From assembly GCA_050010515.1 (NCBI GenBank), contig JBEKKX010000007.1:9068-73067 (forward strand): 64,000 nt of DNA. The letters are read 5' to 3'. Under the pieces are notes generated by a model. That model saw nothing but the letters and a program-made list of their open reading frames with translations, ran no database searches and was not told the DNA's origin. Shown in pieces: positions 60,760-64,000 of the stretch (position 1 is its first letter; the number at the start of each line of letters is the position of its first letter). The translations under genes were made by a program, and so were the position numbers. Origin of the DNA: Candidatus Bathyarchaeia archaeon (lineage in GTDB: Archaea > Thermoproteota > Bathyarchaeia > Bathyarchaeales > Bathycorpusculaceae).

Positions 60760-61374
60760 TTACAGCGTTTTTATCAGCGTTTCCATGTTGAAAAATGTAT
60801 TGGCACAGCCGTTCTTTAGCAACGGAACAGATTGCCAAGCCATGCCCATACTGCTCAACTTTTCGCCAGACATCAGCACTTCTGGACCGCATGCAACGCC
60901 CACAACACCCTCGTACTTCCTCTGCTTCAAAATATTAGGCATACAAGAACCCCCAGATAAAACGTAAACGTCGTACCCTTTTTCTCTGGCAATGCGTTCC
61001 GCCTTGTTGACAAAACAGTCTGGTGAGCAATGAGCACAAACGTAAGAGGTCAAGCTCGGCTCAAAAACGGCTTGGCATTGACTATCCATGTATTTCCTAC
61101 AGCAGTGGGGAAGGAACAGAGCCCTTTTTTTGGTCTGCAGAAATTCCTGTTTTTGTATCAAATTCAAAGTTTGCATCTTGAGGAGGTCTTGAATTAGCAA
61201 CACGGCATCTTGGATGTTAAGTCCTGTAACTTCCTGAATTCTGAATTTTCTGATTAATTCCTGTAAGGTTTTCTCAAAAACCTTCTGCATGCCCATTTGG
61301 TTGCCAACAATGGCGAGTTCTATGAAAAAGTGTTGGGGAGCCTTTGAAATGTCGAAAGTAAACTTATAGGGCAT
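60760..61374 (-). CDS. DUF116 family protein, paralog 1
   Basis: LFLPHC, C..C...C, GGS, GVVGVAC and PLLKNGC motifs. Confidence 0.85.
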   Translation of the reverse strand: MPYKFTFDISKAPQHFFIELAIVGNQMGMQKVFEKTLQELIRKFRIQEVTGLNIQDAVLLIQDLLKMQTLNLIQKQEFLQTKKRALFLPHCCRKYMDSQCQAVFEPSLTSYVCAHCSPDCFVNKAERIAREKGYDVYVLSGGSCMPNILKQRKYEGVVGVACGPEVLMSGEKLSSMGMAWQSVPLLKNGCANTFFNMETLIKTL

Positions 61375-61562
61375 AACTCAAGATGAATAAAGAGCCAAAC
61401 TTAAAAAGAATATCTCTTACAACTGCATATGGAAACGCAGTTTTGTTTTAGCACGCGGCGCGTTATCTTTTAAGTTTTTAAAAGTGTTCACCTGTGGCAA
61501 AAAACGAGGCTTCTAAAAAGGAAAAGAGCAACCACGAACCCCGCAATAAGCAAGCTCTGGAA

Positions 61563-62177
61563 CTAGAGAACTTTTACGAGCGTTTCGATATTAAAAATGG
61601 TGTTTGCACAGCCATTCTTTAACAACGGTATAGCTTGCCCAGCCACATCCATACTGTTCAAAAGTGGCTCCAGCACTTTCATTTCTTCTCCACACGCAAT
61701 TCCCACCACGCCTTCGTAATGTGTATTCTTCAGAATCTTGGGAATGCAGGAACCGCCTGGCACCACGTAAACGTCATATCCTTTTTTTCGAGCTAAGTGG
61801 TCAGACTGGCTAACTAAGCAGTCTTCTGAACAGTGGGAGCACGAGTAGGACGGGATATTTGAGTCAAAAACTGCTTTGCAGCGGCCATCTAAGTATTTTC
61901 TTGTGCAGTGAGGCAGAAAAAGGGCTCTTCTCTTGGTCTGCAAGAATTTGCCTCGCTCTATCATGTTTACTGCTTGTAAATCAATTAAATCCTGAAGCAA
62001 AACTAAGGAATCAGAAAGATTTAGTCCAGTGGCTTCTTGTATTCTAAACCTTAAAATAATTTCTTGTAATTTTTTAATTAATGTTTTATGCATGCCCTTC
62101 TGGTAACTCACCGTCGCAATTTCAGTGAAGAAGAAACGCGGGACCTTTGACAGATCGAAAGTAAATTTATAGGGCAT
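61563..62177 (-). CDS. DUF116 family protein, paralog 2
   Basis: Same motifs and same length (204 aa) as its neighbour. Confidence 0.85.
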   Translation of the reverse strand: MPYKFTFDLSKVPRFFFTEIATVSYQKGMHKTLIKKLQEIILRFRIQEATGLNLSDSLVLLQDLIDLQAVNMIERGKFLQTKRRALFLPHCTRKYLDGRCKAVFDSNIPSYSCSHCSEDCLVSQSDHLARKKGYDVYVVPGGSCIPKILKNTHYEGVVGIACGEEMKVLEPLLNSMDVAGQAIPLLKNGCANTIFNIETLVKVL

Positions 62178-62240
62178 GTGTTTAGTTAAGCTACTATGAT
62201 GCTTAAAAAAATAACTGTGTCTATGTGAGAATTAACAGGG

Positions 62241-62516
62241 TTATTTCTTCTCCATGTTCAAGCCTAACAAATCTTTAATGGCTTTAAGCTCTCCTCGGAG
62301 TTGCTTTACTTCCGCTTCAAGGTCGCTGGCTCTTGATTCTGCATCTTTCTTGGCGTTCTCTAAGCTAATCAAAAATTCAGGCTCTGAATCAAGTGTTTCT
62401 AGTTTCTGCTGTAGATCAGCTAAATTTAGTTTAAGCCCTAACTGTATTTCCTCAAGTTTTCCAATTAGCTCTTTTATTTTTGGCGCTTCTGAAGTTTTTT
62501 TGTCGGACTTAGTCAT
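62241..62516 (-). CDS. Small coiled-coil hypothetical protein
   Basis: Heptad pattern; downstream of tfb. Confidence 0.6.
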   Translation of the reverse strand: MTKSDKKTSEAPKIKELIGKLEEIQLGLKLNLADLQQKLETLDSEPEFLISLENAKKDAESRASDLEAEVKQLRGELKAIKDLLGLNMEKK

Positions 62517-62562
62517 CTGTCTAAACACTTTGCTTGAAATGAAAAATAGGAAAAGGTGGCTA

Positions 62563-63528
62563 TTAAATGCTTATTTCGAACATTAACCGTTCAACGAGTT
62601 CCTTGTACCTGTTCCGAATAGTAACCTCAGTCACCTGCGCAATCTCGGCGATTTCCCTCTGAGTCTTCCGCTCACCCGTCAAAACAGACGCGACGTAACT
62701 TGCTGCCGCCGCAATTCCGGTTGGTCCTCTGCCTGACGTGAGTTTAAGTTCTTTTGCTGCGGCTAAGATTTTGTGGGCGATTTCTTCAACTTTTCCCTGC
62801 ATCGTCAGTTGATTAGAAAACTTTGTTATGTACTGGCTTGGCCTAAGTGGTGGAATTGAATAGTTTAGTTCTCTGATTAAGAAACGGTAGCTTCTGCCAA
62901 CTTCTTTTTTGTTTACACTTGAAGACTGAGCGATTTCATCTAAAGTTCGAGGTAAGGCACATTGTCTGCATGCCAAGTAAATCGCTGCTGAAGTAACACC
63001 CTGAATTGACCTGCCTCGGATTAGACGCTCTTTTACTGCTTTTCGATAAATTACTGAGGCTGTCTCAAGAATGTTTTTTGGAAGGTTCAAGTTATTAGAA
63101 ATCTTTGTTATTTCAGAAAGTGCAAATGCCAAGTTGCGTTCTGTGGCGTCTGAAACTCTGATGCGCCTTTGCCATTTCCTGAGACGATAAACCTGCGCTT
63201 TCTGCCCGGGCGAGAGACTTTTACCATAAATGTCTCGATCATGCCAATCGATGGTTGTTGATAAACCTTTATCATGGATTGTGTATGTTAAGGGTGCTCC
63301 AACTCTGGTTCTTTTTGACCTTTGCTCGTCGTCGAAGGCTCTCCATTCTGGTCCTCGGTCAGCAATTTTGGCTGCTACCACGAAACCGCAGTCCATGCAT
63401 ACTATTTCGGCGCATTCATAATCGCGCATAAGTCGGGTGCTGCCGCATTCAGGGCATGATTGTATTTTGGCCGGTTCTGTTTTTGCAGATTGGTCTGTCT
63501 CTTCATGTAACTTGCTATCTCTAATCAT
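62563..63528 (-). CDS. tfb: Transcription initiation factor IIB
   Basis: CPECGS zinc ribbon, GPEWRAF, cyclin repeats and [11 protein letters not shown]. Confidence 0.97.
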   Translation of the reverse strand: MIRDSKLHEETDQSAKTEPAKIQSCPECGSTRLMRDYECAEIVCMDCGFVVAAKIADRGPEWRAFDDEQRSKRTRVGAPLTYTIHDKGLSTTIDWHDRDIYGKSLSPGQKAQVYRLRKWQRRIRVSDATERNLAFALSEITKISNNLNLPKNILETASVIYRKAVKERLIRGRSIQGVTSAAIYLACRQCALPRTLDEIAQSSSVNKKEVGRSYRFLIRELNYSIPPLRPSQYITKFSNQLTMQGKVEEIAHKILAAAKELKLTSGRGPTGIAAAASYVASVLTGERKTQREIAEIAQVTEVTIRNRYKELVERLMFEISI

Positions 63529-63785
63529 TCATTTTTACTCCGTTTCGTTTTCGAGAGAAGCAAGTACACCGGTTTATTCACTAGTTTAGCGGGTTCCCTA
63601 ACAGCTGGTTTAACCACTGCATAGGGAGCAGACACTGGACCTATAATATCAAAAACTTTACCGATAACATTTAAGTTTTCATCAACAACTTCTGAACCAA
63701 TTTTAGGAGCTTTTTCAGTCTTAACAATCATGTTTTTTGACGGAGTTAACGCCCGCACTCTGCCCAGTTTTTGCAAACGCGCCAT
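63525..63785 (-). CDS. gar1: H/ACA RNP protein Gar1/Naf1
   Basis: [15 protein letters not shown] motif; conserved position upstream of tfb. Confidence 0.88.
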   Translation of the reverse strand: MARLQKLGRVRALTPSKNMIVKTEKAPKIGSEVVDENLNVIGKVFDIIGPVSAPYAVVKPAVREPAKLVNKPVYLLLSKTKRSKNE

Positions 63786-63942
63786 TCCCCTCTCGAAAAA
63801 CATGTAGGAGACCGTAGAAGCTTATTTAAAGTTTTCTAAAGTCTTTATAAGCAGAAAGATTAGACTGGCATTTTATAGTTGTTCTATCTAGAAAATGCCT
63901 TACACTCTCGCGTCTTAATACTACCGTAAGAGTGGAAAGGGC

Positions 63943-64000
63943 TTGGATAGAGATTTAGATCAGCTGAAAGCGTGGATTATAAAGAAGAGGCTGCAGGGTT
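63943..64000 (+). CDS. 5' end of an ORF running off the window, possibly an IS transposase
   Basis: TTG start giving MDRDLDQLKAWIIKKRLQG; only 19 codons visible. Confidence 0.3.
   Translation, partial: MDRDLDQLKAWIIKKRLQG

Noticed and set aside
272-63421. Numerous short antisense or overlapping ORFs in the six-frame track
   Set aside because: They are shadows of well-supported genes and carry no recognisable motifs.

Overview
Archaeal chromosomal window, most likely Bathyarchaeia (inferred from eS25, eS26, histone, two Alba genes, class I LysRS, cofD, Tes and frequent TTG/GTG starts). About 50 kb is housekeeping: translation, thermosome, Rpo6, TFB, Hel308, Fe-S assembly, sucCD, surface-glycan genes and a trpY/trpB2 pair with TRP boxes. 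The accessory hotspot is tRNA-Arg(GCG) at 8181-8256, which appears to have been used twice. On its 3' side lies a 5.6 kb integrative element (44-bp att repeats at 8213-8256 and 13789-13832) with a split SSV1-type integrase. The element carries PD-(D/E)XK and HNH nucleases, AbrB-like and RHH regulators, an atypical tRNA-like gene (anticodon GCT, short variable loop, encoded CCA), and three clusters of an 18-bp palindrome ACGGTG-N6-CACCGT that bracket the cargo genes. On the 5' side is a decayed element marked by a 26-bp copy of the tRNA 5' end and an integrase fragment. A separate AT-rich HD-dNTPase/YwgA-like pair is a defence candidate. rpoK lacks a canonical start codon. All product calls come from motif recognition by eye; no searches were run.
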